A stretch of DNA of 56,995 nt from Hydrurus foetidus (Eukaryota): the NCBI GenBank assembly GCA_900617105.1, contig UYFQ01000003.1, positions 1-56,995 on the forward strand, read 5' to 3'. The notes beneath the pieces are model-generated. The model saw only the letters and a program-made list of their open reading frames with translations, made no database searches and was not told the origin of the DNA. Positions 1-12,169 of the stretch are shown piece after piece. The position numbers and the translations under genes are program-made. The number at the start of each line of letters is the position of its first letter. Within the stretch, counting starts at the first letter, position 1.

Positions 1-173
<173 letters not shown>

Positions 174-180
174 TCAAGAT

Positions 181-672
181 TTAGACACGCAGAATGCGCT
201 CACCGCGCCCGATGCCACTCGAACCCGTGCGCACGGTTTCCAAAATCGCAGTGCGGTCAATGGCTTCTAAAAATGCATCATTTTTATGCTGGTCGCCAGT
301 CAACTCAATGGTGTAACTTTTCTCGGTCACATCGATGATTCGCCCGCGAAATATGTCCGCCATGCGCTTCATTTCTTCGCGCTCTTTGCCCACCGCGCGC
401 ACCTTGACCATCATCAACTCGCGCTCGGTGTAGGCGCCTTCGGTCAGGTCAACGACTTTGACCACTTCAATCAGGCGATTCAAGTGCTTGGTGATTTGCT
501 CAATCACGTCGTCTGAGCCGCTGGTCTGAATCGTCATGCGCGACAGGGTGGGGTCTTCAGTTGGCGCAACGGTCAGGCTTTCAATGTTGTAGCCGCGGGC
601 CGAGAACAAGCCGACCACGCGGGACAGTGCGCCGGGTTCGTTCTCAAGTAAAACTGCAATGATGTGTTTCAT
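181..672 (-). CDS. ilvH: Acetolactate synthase small (regulatory) subunit
   Basis: MKHIIAVLLENEPGALSRVVGLFSARGYNIESL ACT domain; between ilvI and ilvC. Confidence 0.97.
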   Translation of the reverse strand: MKHIIAVLLENEPGALSRVVGLFSARGYNIESLTVAPTEDPTLSRMTIQTSGSDDVIEQITKHLNRLIEVVKVVDLTEGAYTERELMMVKVRAVGKEREEMKRMADIFRGRIIDVTEKSYTIELTGDQHKNDAFLEAIDRTAILETVRTGSSGIGRGERILRV

Positions 673-679
673 ATATCTG

Positions 680-760
680 GACTCTTCATTTCGCCTGCCC
701 TCCCCTGCGCACGGTAATGTGCAGGCTTGGCAAGCAATAGATTTGTCAGTTAAGGGTTAA
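680..760 (-). promoter_or_regulatory. Structured leader upstream of ilvH (candidate ilvH RNA motif)
   Basis: Nested inverted repeats: 691-699 with 729-737 and 704-708 with 721-725, just upstream of the ilvH start; position matches the betaproteobacterial ilvH RNA motif. Confidence 0.5.
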
Positions 761-765
761 CAAAG

Positions 766-820
766 TACTATTATTTTAATAGCTGCTCGTGCCCGTATTC
801 ATTGGGCTTCAGGTCAGAAA
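766..820 (+). repeat. 55-bp dispersed repeat, copy 1 (intergenic ilvI-ilvH, most diverged)
   Basis: tactattattttaatagctgctcgtgcccgtattcattgggcttcaggtcagaaa aligns ungapped to the other copies. Confidence 0.7.
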
Positions 821-850
821 AATGCCTAAAGCAGGCGCTATTGCAGGGTT

Positions 851-2635
851 TTAGAGGTCTTCAGCCCCCAACAGCATCTCATTGATGCCCTTGCCAGCTT
901 GCACCATCGGAAACACATTTTCCTTCGAGTCAGTCCTGAAGTCCATGAAAACGGTGCGGTCCTTCAGCTTGCGCGCTTCACGCAGCGCAGGCTCAACATC
1001 CGATGGTTTTTCAATCAGCATGCCAACGTGGCCATAAGCCTCAGCCAGCTTCACAAAGTCAGGCAGTGCGTCCATGTAGCTGTGGCTGTAACGACTTTCG
1101 TAATCAAACTCTTGCCACTGGCGCACCATGCCCAAATAGCGGTTGTTCAGCGACACAATTTTGACCGGCGTCTTGTACTGAAAGCAGGTGGACAGCTCTT
1201 GAATGCACATTTGAATCGAGCCTTCGCCGGTGATGCAGAACACCTCGGACTCAGGCTTGGCCAGCTTGATGCCCATGGCGTAGGGCAGGCCCACACCCAT
1301 AGTGCCCAATCCGCCAGAGTTAATCCAGCGGCGCGGCTGGTCAAACTTGTAGTACTGCGCCGCCCACATCTGATGCTGACCTACGTCTGACGTGATGTAA
1401 ACATCATCGTCTTTGGTCATGTTCCACAGCGTTTCAACGACGTACTGCGGCTTGATGGTGCTGCCATCGCCCAGGCTGTACTTCATGCAGTCGCGCTTGC
1501 GCCAGGTGCCAATGGTTTCCCACCAGCCACCGAGTGCGTTGCCGTCAGGCTTCAGGCCAGATTCCTTGATCATGGCGATCAGCTCTAGCAACACGTCTTT
1601 CACGTCGCCGACTATGGGCACATCGACTTTCACGCGCTTGGAAATACTCGACGGGTCAATGTCGATATGGATGATCTTGCGTTCGTTTTGCGCAAAGTGC
1701 TTGGGGTTGCCAATCACGCGGTCGTCAAAACGCGCGCCCACAGCCAGCAACACGTCGCAGTTTTGCATCGCGTTATTGGCCTCATACGTGCCGTGCATGC
1801 CCAGCATGCCCAAAAATTTCGGGTCGCTAGCCGGGTACGCGCCAAGGCCCATCAGTGTGTTGGTGCAGGGGTAGCCCAGCATGTCGACCAGGGTGCGCAG
1901 CTCGGCTGATGCGTTGCTCAGCAACACGCCGCCGCCGGTGTAGATGTACGGGCGCTTGGCCGTCATCAACAACTGCAAAGCTTTGCGAATCTGCCCGCCG
2001 TGACCTTTGCGCGACGGGTTGTAGCTGCGCATTTCAACCGTAGCCGGGTAGCCGGTGTAGGGCACTTTGTTAAATGACACGTCTTTGGGAATGTCCACTA
2101 CCACCGGGCCTGGCCTGCCGCTGCGGGCAATGTGAAAGGCTTTTTTCATCGTCTCGGCGATATTTTTGGCGTCTTTCACCAAAAAGTTGTGCTTGACGAT
2201 GGGCCGGGTAATACCGACCGTGTCACATTCCTGAAATGCATCCAGGCCAATCGCGTGCGTGGGCACCTGTCCGGTGATGATCACCATCGGAATGCTGTCC
2301 ATGTACGCGGTTGCAATACCGGTAATGGCGTTCGTTACGCCGGGGCCAGATGTAACCAGCGCCACGCCTACGTCGCCGGTGGCACGCGCGTAGCCGTCAG
2401 CGGCGTGTACGGCAGCCTGCTCGTGCCGCACCAGCACGTGCTGAATGGTGTCTTGCTTGTAAAAAGCGTCGTAAATGTGCAGCACAGCACCGCCGGGGTA
2501 GCCCCAGATGTACTTGACGTTTTCAGCCTGCAGTGACTTGACGAGGATTTCGGCGCCGCGAAGGTCTTGCGACGCGGAATTTGAATTGTTAGAAGCTGCG
2601 GCCGCCGAAGCGATTTCCGCTTTTGTGATTTCCAT
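851..2635 (-). CDS. ilvI: Acetolactate synthase large (catalytic) subunit
   Basis: GYPGGAVL, RHEQAAVHAADGYARATG, TPP-binding GEGSIQM...NN motif. Confidence 0.97.
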   Translation of the reverse strand: MEITKAEIASAAAASNNSNSASQDLRGAEILVKSLQAENVKYIWGYPGGAVLHIYDAFYKQDTIQHVLVRHEQAAVHAADGYARATGDVGVALVTSGPGVTNAITGIATAYMDSIPMVIITGQVPTHAIGLDAFQECDTVGITRPIVKHNFLVKDAKNIAETMKKAFHIARSGRPGPVVVDIPKDVSFNKVPYTGYPATVEMRSYNPSRKGHGGQIRKALQLLMTAKRPYIYTGGGVLLSNASAELRTLVDMLGYPCTNTLMGLGAYPASDPKFLGMLGMHGTYEANNAMQNCDVLLAVGARFDDRVIGNPKHFAQNERKIIHIDIDPSSISKRVKVDVPIVGDVKDVLLELIAMIKESGLKPDGNALGGWWETIGTWRKRDCMKYSLGDGSTIKPQYVVETLWNMTKDDDVYITSDVGQHQMWAAQYYKFDQPRRWINSGGLGTMGVGLPYAMGIKLAKPESEVFCITGEGSIQMCIQELSTCFQYKTPVKIVSLNNRYLGMVRQWQEFDYESRYSHSYMDALPDFVKLAEAYGHVGMLIEKPSDVEPALREARKLKDRTVFMDFRTDSKENVFPMVQAGKGINEMLLGAEDL

Positions 2636-2974
2636 GATGAACCTTTGTGAATTTCTCTGACGAAATACCTTGGGTGCCTTTTTGCCGACTCTTGTGGAGC
2701 GACATCAAGACTTGAGGCCAAAACCATGAGCAGATGCATCATCTGCCGAGTCATGACCCTTTTGTCGTTTGATTTGCCGTTTGAATTGCGACTCGCATTA
2801 TGACATTTCAAAGTTACCAAGCCTGACGGTTGCACTGAAATTCACAGCAACAGCCGCTGGCAATGCCATAATTGCCCTGCAACTCGAAATGCAGTCGGGA
2901 GCTACTGACTCATCCCACGGCCCACCTACTGACAACAAGAACAACAGCTAGAGACAATCCGGAATTTCACACCG

Positions 2975-3541
2975 TTGGCCACCGAACTAGAACTCTCTGA
3001 CTTCCTGAAAAGCGTGGAAAAACGCGCTTTCAAGCGAAGCGTTTATCACACGCGAGACGAAGAAGCTGCGCTGGACATCGTTCAAGATTCCATGATGAAG
3101 CTGGCGCACAGTTACGGCGATAAACCCATTGCGGAGCTGCCGATGCTGTTTCAACGCATTTTGTCGAACACCACCCTTGACTGGTTTCGCCGCCGCAAGA
3201 CGCGCAACGCACTTTTTTCCAATCTCAGCGACTTTGAATCTGCCGGCGACGACGGAGATTTTGATATTTTGGAAACTTTAGAGCTGCAAACCAACTCTGA
3301 AGGCACAGAAAGCGCGCAAGATGCAACTGAACGGGCGCAAATATTGCTCCAGATCGAAGAGGCCGTAAAAGAGCTCCCCGGTCGTCAACGAGAAGCGTTC
3401 TTGATGCGTTACTGGGAGGAGATGGATGTGGCGGAGACCGCGCTTGCGATGGGTTGCTCGGAAGGCAGCGTGAAAACGCACTGTTCCAGAGCTGTTTTAG
3501 CTCTCAGTAAAGCCATGACTGCCAAAGGACTGAAATTATGA
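2975..3541 (+). CDS. ECF-family RNA polymerase sigma factor (TTG start)
   Basis: Region 2 (ALDIVQDSMMKL) and region 4 (LPGRQREAFLMRYWEEMDVAETA...GSVKTHCSRA). Confidence 0.9.
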   Translation: MATELELSDFLKSVEKRAFKRSVYHTRDEEAALDIVQDSMMKLAHSYGDKPIAELPMLFQRILSNTTLDWFRRRKTRNALFSNLSDFESAGDDGDFDILETLELQTNSEGTESAQDATERAQILLQIEEAVKELPGRQREAFLMRYWEEMDVAETALAMGCSEGSVKTHCSRAVLALSKAMTAKGLKL

Positions 3542-3966
3542 TGAATTCACAACACAATCGCGCTGAAATTTTGCAAGACCGATTTGCCCTGAAGGCAACG
3601 TCGTACCTGTCCGCGGCAAGCACCGTTTTGCCCCACGACATCACCGAGCGCCTTCGCGCTGCACGCGTTCAGGCCGTCGCCAAGCGCAAAATCGTCAGTC
3701 TTCAGACAGCCAGCAGCATCAGCGCCTCCGGCAACAGTGCCGCACTAACTTGGGGCACAGGTGAGCGCATGGGTCTGTGGGGCTGGGCTGGCTCGTTCAT
3801 GCCGCTGGTCGCGCTGGTGGTGGGTTTGCTGGTCATCGACACTATTCAAAGCGACAACCGTACTCGCGAAATTGCCGAAGTAGATGCTGCGCTGCTTATC
3901 GACGACCTGCCGCCCAACGCATTTTCAGATCCCGGCTTTTTGCAGTACCTGAAGGCAGATCGCTAG
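3538..3966 (+). CDS. DUF3619-like single-TM protein, putative anti-sigma factor
   Basis: Overlaps sigma stop (ATGA); ERLRAAR..A motif, one TM helix, C-terminal DAALLxDDLPPxAxxDPGF. Confidence 0.75.
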   Translation: MMNSQHNRAEILQDRFALKATSYLSAASTVLPHDITERLRAARVQAVAKRKIVSLQTASSISASGNSAALTWGTGERMGLWGWAGSFMPLVALVVGLLVIDTIQSDNRTREIAEVDAALLIDDLPPNAFSDPGFLQYLKADR

Positions 3967-3972
3967 TCCTGC

Positions 3973-4743
3973 GTGTTTCGAGATCATTTCGATATGCCTG
4001 CACGCCAGCGCTCACTTGGCCTAACAGTCAAACCGTTTACCGTATGGGAAGCGGCAGCAATATGTTCGCTAGCGCTCATTGGCAGCGTGTCAGCACAAAC
4101 GCCGCCTGCTGCCCCGGCACAACCCGCCGCCAAAGTGGCAATCCCCCCGGCCAAACCGGGCGCGCAGCAAACCAAAACGGCAGTTGTTACTGCCGGGCCG
4201 TCTTGGGCTGAGCTTACGCCGGCGCAGAAAGTTGCTTTGGCACCGCTGGCCACCAGCTGGCCCAGCACGGCCGAGCCGCAAAAGCGCAAGTGGCTGGAAA
4301 TCGCAAAAAACTACCCGCGCTTAAGCCCGGCCGATCAGGCCACCATGACTGGCCGCATGACCGAATGGGTGGCCATGAGTCCCCAGCAGCGCGCCGCTGC
4401 GCGGTTGAACTTTGCCAAAACCAAAGAGCTTTCTACCCAGCTGACGCCTGACGAAAAGAAGGCGAAGTGGGAAACCTACCAGGCGCTAAGCCCCGAGCAA
4501 AAGAAAGACCTCGCCGACACGGCCGTGCAAAAGCCTGCTGGCGCAGCAACAGCGGTCAAACCCGTTGCACCGCAAAAATTGGCTGTAGTGCCCAAAACCA
4601 AAGCGCCGGCAAGCGCCCCTTCTGGTGCAGTAGCTACCGCTACAACACCTGCGCCACCGACAGCCCTGCCTGCAGCAGCCACTTTGGCACCAGCAGCGCC
4701 CCTAAACGCGCCTTTGGCCGTGCACCCAGCAGCCAAGCCCTGA
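3973..4743 (+). CDS. DUF3106-like exported protein (start uncertain)
   Basis: Signal-like segment ending VSA-Q; repeated W/Y..LSP.Q(K/R) helical units; Pro/Ala-rich tail. Confidence 0.7.
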   Translation: MFRDHFDMPARQRSLGLTVKPFTVWEAAAICSLALIGSVSAQTPPAAPAQPAAKVAIPPAKPGAQQTKTAVVTAGPSWAELTPAQKVALAPLATSWPSTAEPQKRKWLEIAKNYPRLSPADQATMTGRMTEWVAMSPQQRAAARLNFAKTKELSTQLTPDEKKAKWETYQALSPEQKKDLADTAVQKPAGAATAVKPVAPQKLAVVPKTKAPASAPSGAVATATTPAPPTALPAAATLAPAAPLNAPLAVHPAAKP

Positions 4744-4864
4744 GCATTGGGGCTGATAATCGAACGAAAGCATTTTTGATTCACGTCAAATGCTTTGTTA
4801 ATTTTTGGGGTTGTTCAGCTGCTGCGCCAGCAGCAACACGCGCACTTTGATAATCTCCGCCCCC

Positions 4865-5488
4865 GTGACCTCACCTACTCCCACTCCTACCCCTTTTTCG
4901 CACCCTACTCCCGAGCTTCCCACCCCGTCAATCAAGCGCCGAATGGCCTGCTGGGGGTATGAGGGCATGTTGATGTTTGGCGTAGTGTTTATTGCCGGCT
5001 ATCTGTTCAGCACGCTCAGCCAAACCCGCAATGCGATGGACAACCGCAACGCGCTGCAAATATTCGTATTTGTGGTGTTTGGCATTTACTTTGTCTGGTT
5101 TTGGGCCAAAGGCCAAACACTGGCGATGAAAACCTGGGACATTCGGGTCGTCAATAACGAAGGCAAAGCGATCACGCAAAAGCAGGCCTTGGTTCGGTAC
5201 GTGTTGAGCTGGCTGTGGTTTTTACCGCCGCTTGCTGCCAGCTGGGCGCTGGGCTTGAGCGGCAAACAAGGCGGGTTTTTAGCGTTGGGCTGGGTCGTGG
5301 TGTGGGCGTTTTCAGCACGCTTTCATCCGTCTCGGCAGTTTTGGCACGACGCTTGGGCGGGCACCCGCTTGGTAACCTGGAAAGGCCCCGAAAGTCCGAA
5401 GCGACTGAAGCGCCTCACAGAGCTAAACGCCAAGACCAACGCACGCATTGCCGAGCAAGAAGCAGCTCAAGCACAAAAAAGTCGGTAA
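4865..5488 (+). CDS. RDD family membrane protein (start uncertain)
   Basis: PSIKRRMAC..YE, GQTLAMKTW.IRVV, RQFWHDAWAGT motifs. Confidence 0.85.
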   Translation: MTSPTPTPTPFSHPTPELPTPSIKRRMACWGYEGMLMFGVVFIAGYLFSTLSQTRNAMDNRNALQIFVFVVFGIYFVWFWAKGQTLAMKTWDIRVVNNEGKAITQKQALVRYVLSWLWFLPPLAASWALGLSGKQGGFLALGWVVVWAFSARFHPSRQFWHDAWAGTRLVTWKGPESPKRLKRLTELNAKTNARIAEQEAAQAQKSR

Positions 5489-5499
5489 ACGATTTACTT

Positions 5500-5961
5500 A
5501 TGCCCGTAACGCCTACTGAAGCTGAACGCTCGCCCGAGACGTCTGCCCGGCTCATCACCGAGCGCAACTTGCACGAAGGCGTCAACCCGCAAAAAAGTCG
5601 CCGCGGCCTGAGCCGGGTTTGGCATGCTTTCGGCTACTCGCTGGCCGGTTTGCGTGCGGGCTGGGGCGAAACAGCCTTTCGCCAAGAAGCCATTGCATCA
5701 GTGGTGCTACTTCCCACTGCGGTTTGGCTAGGCACTACATGGGTAGAAACCGCGCTGCTGGCGGGCACGGTCGTTTTGATCATGATTGTTGAGCTGCTCA
5801 ACACCGGTATTGAAACCGCCATTGACCGTATTGGGCCAGAGTGGCACGACTTGTCAAAGCGCGCCAAAGATACCGGCAGCGCGGCGGTACTGCTGAGTTT
5901 GTTGCTGTGCGCAGGAACCTGGACTCTGGCGCTTTACTGGAGATTTGCCAGCGGTTTTTAG
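5500..5961 (+). CDS. dgkA: Diacylglycerol kinase
   Basis: ETAFRQE, VELLNTGIETAIDRIG, AKDTGSAAV; ATG at 5500 within the longer ORF. Confidence 0.92.
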   Translation: MPVTPTEAERSPETSARLITERNLHEGVNPQKSRRGLSRVWHAFGYSLAGLRAGWGETAFRQEAIASVVLLPTAVWLGTTWVETALLAGTVVLIMIVELLNTGIETAIDRIGPEWHDLSKRAKDTGSAAVLLSLLLCAGTWTLALYWRFASGF

Positions 5962-5962
5962 C

Positions 5963-8049
<2,087 letters not shown>

Positions 8050-8123
8050 GAACCAGCCAGTCATTGTTCACAGCAGCGCCATGGGCGCAGCCATCGCGCC
8101 AGCCATCGAGAAGAAGGCGCTCC

Positions 8124-9339
8124 ATGGGTGAGGCCAATTATGTCATCGGGGTCCATGTCTCGGTGCTGGAGGTCGACGCTTCTGCCTGGGACGGCCTGCT
8201 GGCCGCACAGGCCCAACCCAGCCCCTTCATGCGCCACGCCTACCTGGCCGCCATGCACGAAAGCGGCAGTGCCTGCGCCGACACCGGCTGGGCGCCGCAC
8301 TGCATCACCCTGCTTGCGGGCGGCGTGCTGCAGGCGGCCTGCATGGTCTACCTGAAGCACCACTCTTACGGCGAGTACGTGTTCGACTGGGCCTGGGCCA
8401 GCGCCTACCAGCAGCACGGCGTGCCCTACTACCCCAAGGCGGTGATTGCCGTGCCGTTCACACCCGTACCGGGGGCACGTTTGCTGGCGCGCAATCCGCA
8501 GGCTCGTGAGGCACTGGTGCGGGTGGTTGTGCAGCTGGTGCGAATCGCAGGGTTTGTCGTCCTGCATGTGCTGTTTGCCGCGACGACGATTTGCAGGCGT
8601 GCGAATCTGCCGGGTTGATGCTGCGCCACACCGTGCAGTTTCATTGGCAAAACACCCACCCGGATACGCGGATTTCGACGATTTCCTCAGCCACCTGGCC
8701 CAGGACAAGCGCAAGAAAATTCGCCAGGAGCGGCGCAAGGTAACCGAGGCTGGAGTGACCTTCCGCCATGCGCAGGGCACAGAAATTTCTGAGGCCGACT
8801 GGGACTTCTTCTACCGCTGCTACGAGCGCACCTACCTGGAACACGGCAACCCGCCTTACCTGAACCGCGACTTCTTTGCGCGCATGGCCCGCACCATGCC
8901 GGAGAACTGGTTGTTGTTTGTGGCGGAGCGCAATGGACACCCCATTGCTAGCAGTTTGATAGCTATTGGCGCATATTCCACGGGGGCTAGCGGCCTGAAT
9001 GGCACTGAAACGGTGCCCTCAACAACCCGTGTGGCCTATGGCCGCTACTGGGGCGCGCTGGAGCCGGTGGACTGCCTGCACTTTGAGGCCTGCTACTACC
9101 AGCCGCTGGCCTGGTGCATTGCCAACGGCTACCAGCGCTTTGAGGGCGGCGCCCAGGGGGAGCACAAGATGGCGCGGGCGCTGCTGCCGGTCAAAACCAC
9201 CAGCACCCACTGGTTGGCGCACCCGGCCTTTGCCGACGCCGTGGCCCGCTTCTTGGAGCGTGAAGGCCAGGGCATAGGTAACTACCTGGACGAGCTGAAC
9301 CAGCGCTCGCCATTCAGGCACTCCACTGAAGCGACTTAA
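8124..9339 (+). CDS. GNAT/FemAB-like (DUF482) protein, interrupted by about 4 indels at 8535-8656
   Basis: [51 protein letters not shown] motifs spread over three frames. Confidence 0.85.
8946..9000 (+). repeat. 55-bp dispersed repeat, copy 3 (in frame within GNAT gene, sense orientation)
   Basis: tgctagcagtttgatagctattggcgcatattccacgggggctagcggcctgaat; encodes [18 protein letters not shown]. Confidence 0.85.
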
Positions 9340-11426
9340 AAGGTCTCCCAGTCGTCGTCCCCGCCTGCGGGGGTGACTTTGGTGCTGGTCTTGGGCACCA
9401 CGGTGGTGGGGGCATGGGCTGCAGCAGTAGGATGCGCCTTGGGTTTGGCCGCAGGCGCTTTCGCGGTGTGTGCATGGCTTGCAGTGGGTTTGGGCGCCCC
9501 GGCCGGCTTGGCATCCCCACGGCGCTCCGGCCCCTTGAACGCGGGCACCTTGGGCGCGCTGGAACGCACTTTGGCGGGAGGCAGGTGCACTCCAACCCCA
9601 TGGCCCGATGCTTCATTGCCTAACTTAAACACCGCCACCACCTGCACCAGGTCCTGCGCCTGAGCCTTCAGGCTACTGGCTGCCGCTGCCATTTGTTCGA
9701 CTAGCGCTGCGTTTTGCTGGGTGGCCTGGTCCATCTGGGTCACTGCCTCTCCCACTTGGGAGACACCTGCACTCTGTTCACTGCTGGCCGCACTGATTTC
9801 TCCCATGATGTCGGTCACCCGTTTGATGCTGGTCACCACCTCGGTCATGGTGGAGCCTGCTTTGTCCACCAGCGCGGTTCCCTGTTCCACCCGCTCTACG
9901 CTGGTGCCAATCAGGGTTTTGATTTCTTTGGCGGCTTCGGCAGAGCGTCCGGCGAGAGATCTGACTTCTGAGGCCACTACGGCAAAGCCTCTTCCTTGTT
10001 CTCCGGCTCGGGCGGCTTCTACGGCTGCATTCAAAGCCAGGATGTTGGTCTGGAAGGCGATTCCGTCAATGACGCTGATGATGTCAGCGATCTTTCTACT
10101 GCTTTCGTTGATGCCTTTCATGGTTTCCACGACTTGGCCCACGACTTCTCCGCCTTGAATGGCAACCGTTGAAGCATTCATGGCTAGCTGATTGGCCTGG
10201 CGGGCGGAGTCTGCGTTTTGTTTGACGGTGGAGCCTAGTTCTTCCATGGAGGCTGCGGTTTCTTCCAGGGCGCTGGCCTGTTGTTCTGTGCGGGCAGAGA
10301 GGTCGTTATTTCCCTGCGCGATTTCTGCACTGGCCAGCGCTACGTTGTCGGCGCTGCTGCGCACCTGGCGCAGCACGTTCTGGGTTTTCTCCACAAACTG
10401 ATTGAAACCGCTGGCGATGGTGGCCAGCTCGTCGGCGCCCGAGGTCGCAATGCGGTGGGTCAAATCGCCCTCGCCCGAGCCAATGTCCTGCATGGCGTTG
10501 CGCAAGATCACAAGGCGGCCCAGCACCTTGCTCAGCACCGCGCCAATCACCAGAATGGCCAGCACGGCGATCACCACGCTCCACACCGCCGACGACCACA
10601 CCATGGCAACGATACCGCCCATGGCCTCCTGACGGTTCAGGGCTACCAGCAGCGTCCAGTCGGTGCCGGGAATGGCCGCGGCATAGACCAGGCGGTTTTC
10701 ACCGCGGATCATCACATCGCTGAGGGTGGCGGCCTTCACCAGTGCGTCCACCCCACCACTGCCCAGGCTGGGCGCAATGTCGGTCACGGGCTTGAGCACC
10801 AGCGCCGTGTCTTCGTGCACCACGATCTTGCCGTCCTTGGCGACAATGAAGCCATAGGTTCCGGGCGTGGGCCGGATGGACGCCACATTGCGCACCACTC
10901 CGTCCATGAACACGTCCAGCGCAGTGACTGCACTCACTTGGGCACCCTCCTTGACGGCGGAGGCAAAGGTGATGACCAGTTTCTTCGTGCCGGCATCCAG
11001 ATACGGCTCGGTGACCACGGGGCCTGCCGCCTTGGCCGCCAGCTGGTACCAGGGTCGGGAGGTGGGGTCGTAGTCGGGCGGCAGGGTCTGCGGGCTGGAG
11101 AACGCAGTGCGCTTGTCGGCGTAGCCGATATAAGCCGTGTCCACATCGCCAGCGATCTTGGCCTGCTGCAAGAACTTGATGGGGTCGGCCTCGGGCACGG
11201 CACCGGCGAAGGACTTGACCACCTGCTGTCGGGCGGCGACCCAATCGCCCACGCCGGCCGCATGCGAATGCGACAGCGCCCGGGTCTGGTTGCCCAGCGA
11301 CTCCAGCGCATAGCTGCGCGCTGTCAGCACATTGGTAATGGACAAGCCCAGCAAACCTGCCACCACCAGCAGGCCCACAGTAGCCACAATTTTCCCGCGC
11401 AGGGAGGTCAAAAAGCCCAGGTTCAT
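9336..11426 (-). CDS. Methyl-accepting chemotaxis protein (dCache-HAMP-signalling domain)
   Basis: Two TM helices, YDPTSRPWY Cache motif, [31 protein letters not shown]-terminal DWETF pentapeptide. Confidence 0.96.
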   Translation of the reverse strand: MNLGFLTSLRGKIVATVGLLVVAGLLGLSITNVLTARSYALESLGNQTRALSHSHAAGVGDWVAARQQVVKSFAGAVPEADPIKFLQQAKIAGDVDTAYIGYADKRTAFSSPQTLPPDYDPTSRPWYQLAAKAAGPVVTEPYLDAGTKKLVITFASAVKEGAQVSAVTALDVFMDGVVRNVASIRPTPGTYGFIVAKDGKIVVHEDTALVLKPVTDIAPSLGSGGVDALVKAATLSDVMIRGENRLVYAAAIPGTDWTLLVALNRQEAMGGIVAMVWSSAVWSVVIAVLAILVIGAVLSKVLGRLVILRNAMQDIGSGEGDLTHRIATSGADELATIASGFNQFVEKTQNVLRQVRSSADNVALASAEIAQGNNDLSARTEQQASALEETAASMEELGSTVKQNADSARQANQLAMNASTVAIQGGEVVGQVVETMKGINESSRKIADIISVIDGIAFQTNILALNAAVEAARAGEQGRGFAVVASEVRSLAGRSAEAAKEIKTLIGTSVERVEQGTALVDKAGSTMTEVVTSIKRVTDIMGEISAASSEQSAGVSQVGEAVTQMDQATQQNAALVEQMAAAASSLKAQAQDLVQVVAVFKLGNEASGHGVGVHLPPAKVRSSAPKVPAFKGPERRGDAKPAGAPKPTASHAHTAKAPAAKPKAHPTAAAHAPTTVVPKTSTKVTPAGGDDDWETF

Positions 11427-11489
11427 CGTTTTTGCTCCAATGAGTTATCCAACTTTCACTCGCACTGGCACTCGCACAGGTCTGCGCCG

Positions 11490-11990
11490 CTAGGCCGCCA
11501 CCATGCCAATTTCTGCGTTGCCCATCAGGGCTTCCATGTTCATGACGATCAGCATGCGCTCACCCACATGGGCCAGCCCCACGATAAAACGCGAATCCAG
11601 CGCCGACTCGAACTGCGGCGCGGGCTTGATAGCCTGCTGACTGAGCGTGACCACATCGGACACACCATCCACCACGGCGCCGACCACCTTGCCGCGCACG
11701 TTGAGGATAATGACCACGGTGAAGTCGTTGTAATCCACCTGGGAAAGCTGGAGTTTGAGCCGCAGGTCGACGATGGGAACGATGACGCCGCGAAGGTTGA
11801 TCACCCCCTTGACGAAGCTGGGCGAGTTCACCATCCTGGTGGGCGTTTCGTAGGAGCGGATTTCCTGCACGCTCAGGATCTCGATGGCATAGTCCTCGGT
11901 GCCCAACTTGAGGGTGAGGTACTGGTTGGCGTGTGCCGCGCTGCTGCCGTGGATGGCATCCAGCATCGGAGAGTTTTGAAGAGCTTCCAT
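11490..11990 (-). CDS. cheW: Chemotaxis coupling protein CheW
   Basis: YAIEILSVQEIR, GVINLRGVIVPIVDLR, GAVVDGVSDV; ATG at 11990. Confidence 0.93.
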   Translation of the reverse strand: MEALQNSPMLDAIHGSSAAHANQYLTLKLGTEDYAIEILSVQEIRSYETPTRMVNSPSFVKGVINLRGVIVPIVDLRLKLQLSQVDYNDFTVVIILNVRGKVVGAVVDGVSDVVTLSQQAIKPAPQFESALDSRFIVGLAHVGERMLIVMNMEALMGNAEIGMVAA

Positions 11991-12169
11991 GGCGTCACCT
12001 CGGCGGTACAGGGGTTGTGAATCCGGCGTTCTGCAATTCATCATACACGGGGCATTTCGTTTCAGGGGCGCCAAATCCCGCTGGTTTTTCCAGCATGGTT
12101 TGGCCCATGGCAAACCCTAGCTAACGGGCGCAGGCCGGGCTGGTACGCTGCGTGCAGGAGCACCTTGCC

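Noticed and set aside
2640..2835. Possible ilv attenuator leader peptide (MTRQMMHLLMVLASSL...)
   Set aside because: The frame does not stop before ilvI, has no strong Ile/Leu/Val run, and no terminator with a U tract is visible; only a small hairpin at about 2684-2703.
2885..2940. Weak resemblance to the 55-bp repeat (ggagctact...cacgg)
   Set aside because: Lacks the left GCTA arm and the GGGCT/GGCC blocks, and the spacing does not fit.
4866..4928. C-rich short repeats (cctactccc) at the start of the RDD gene
   Set aside because: Explained by a Pro/Thr low-complexity N-terminus.
10281..12020. 579-aa plus-strand ORF and many other long antisense ORFs (12062-13540, 30254-31777, 34254-36149, 36348-38069)
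   Set aside because: Shadow ORFs opposite well-supported genes in GC-rich DNA; no recognisable motifs.
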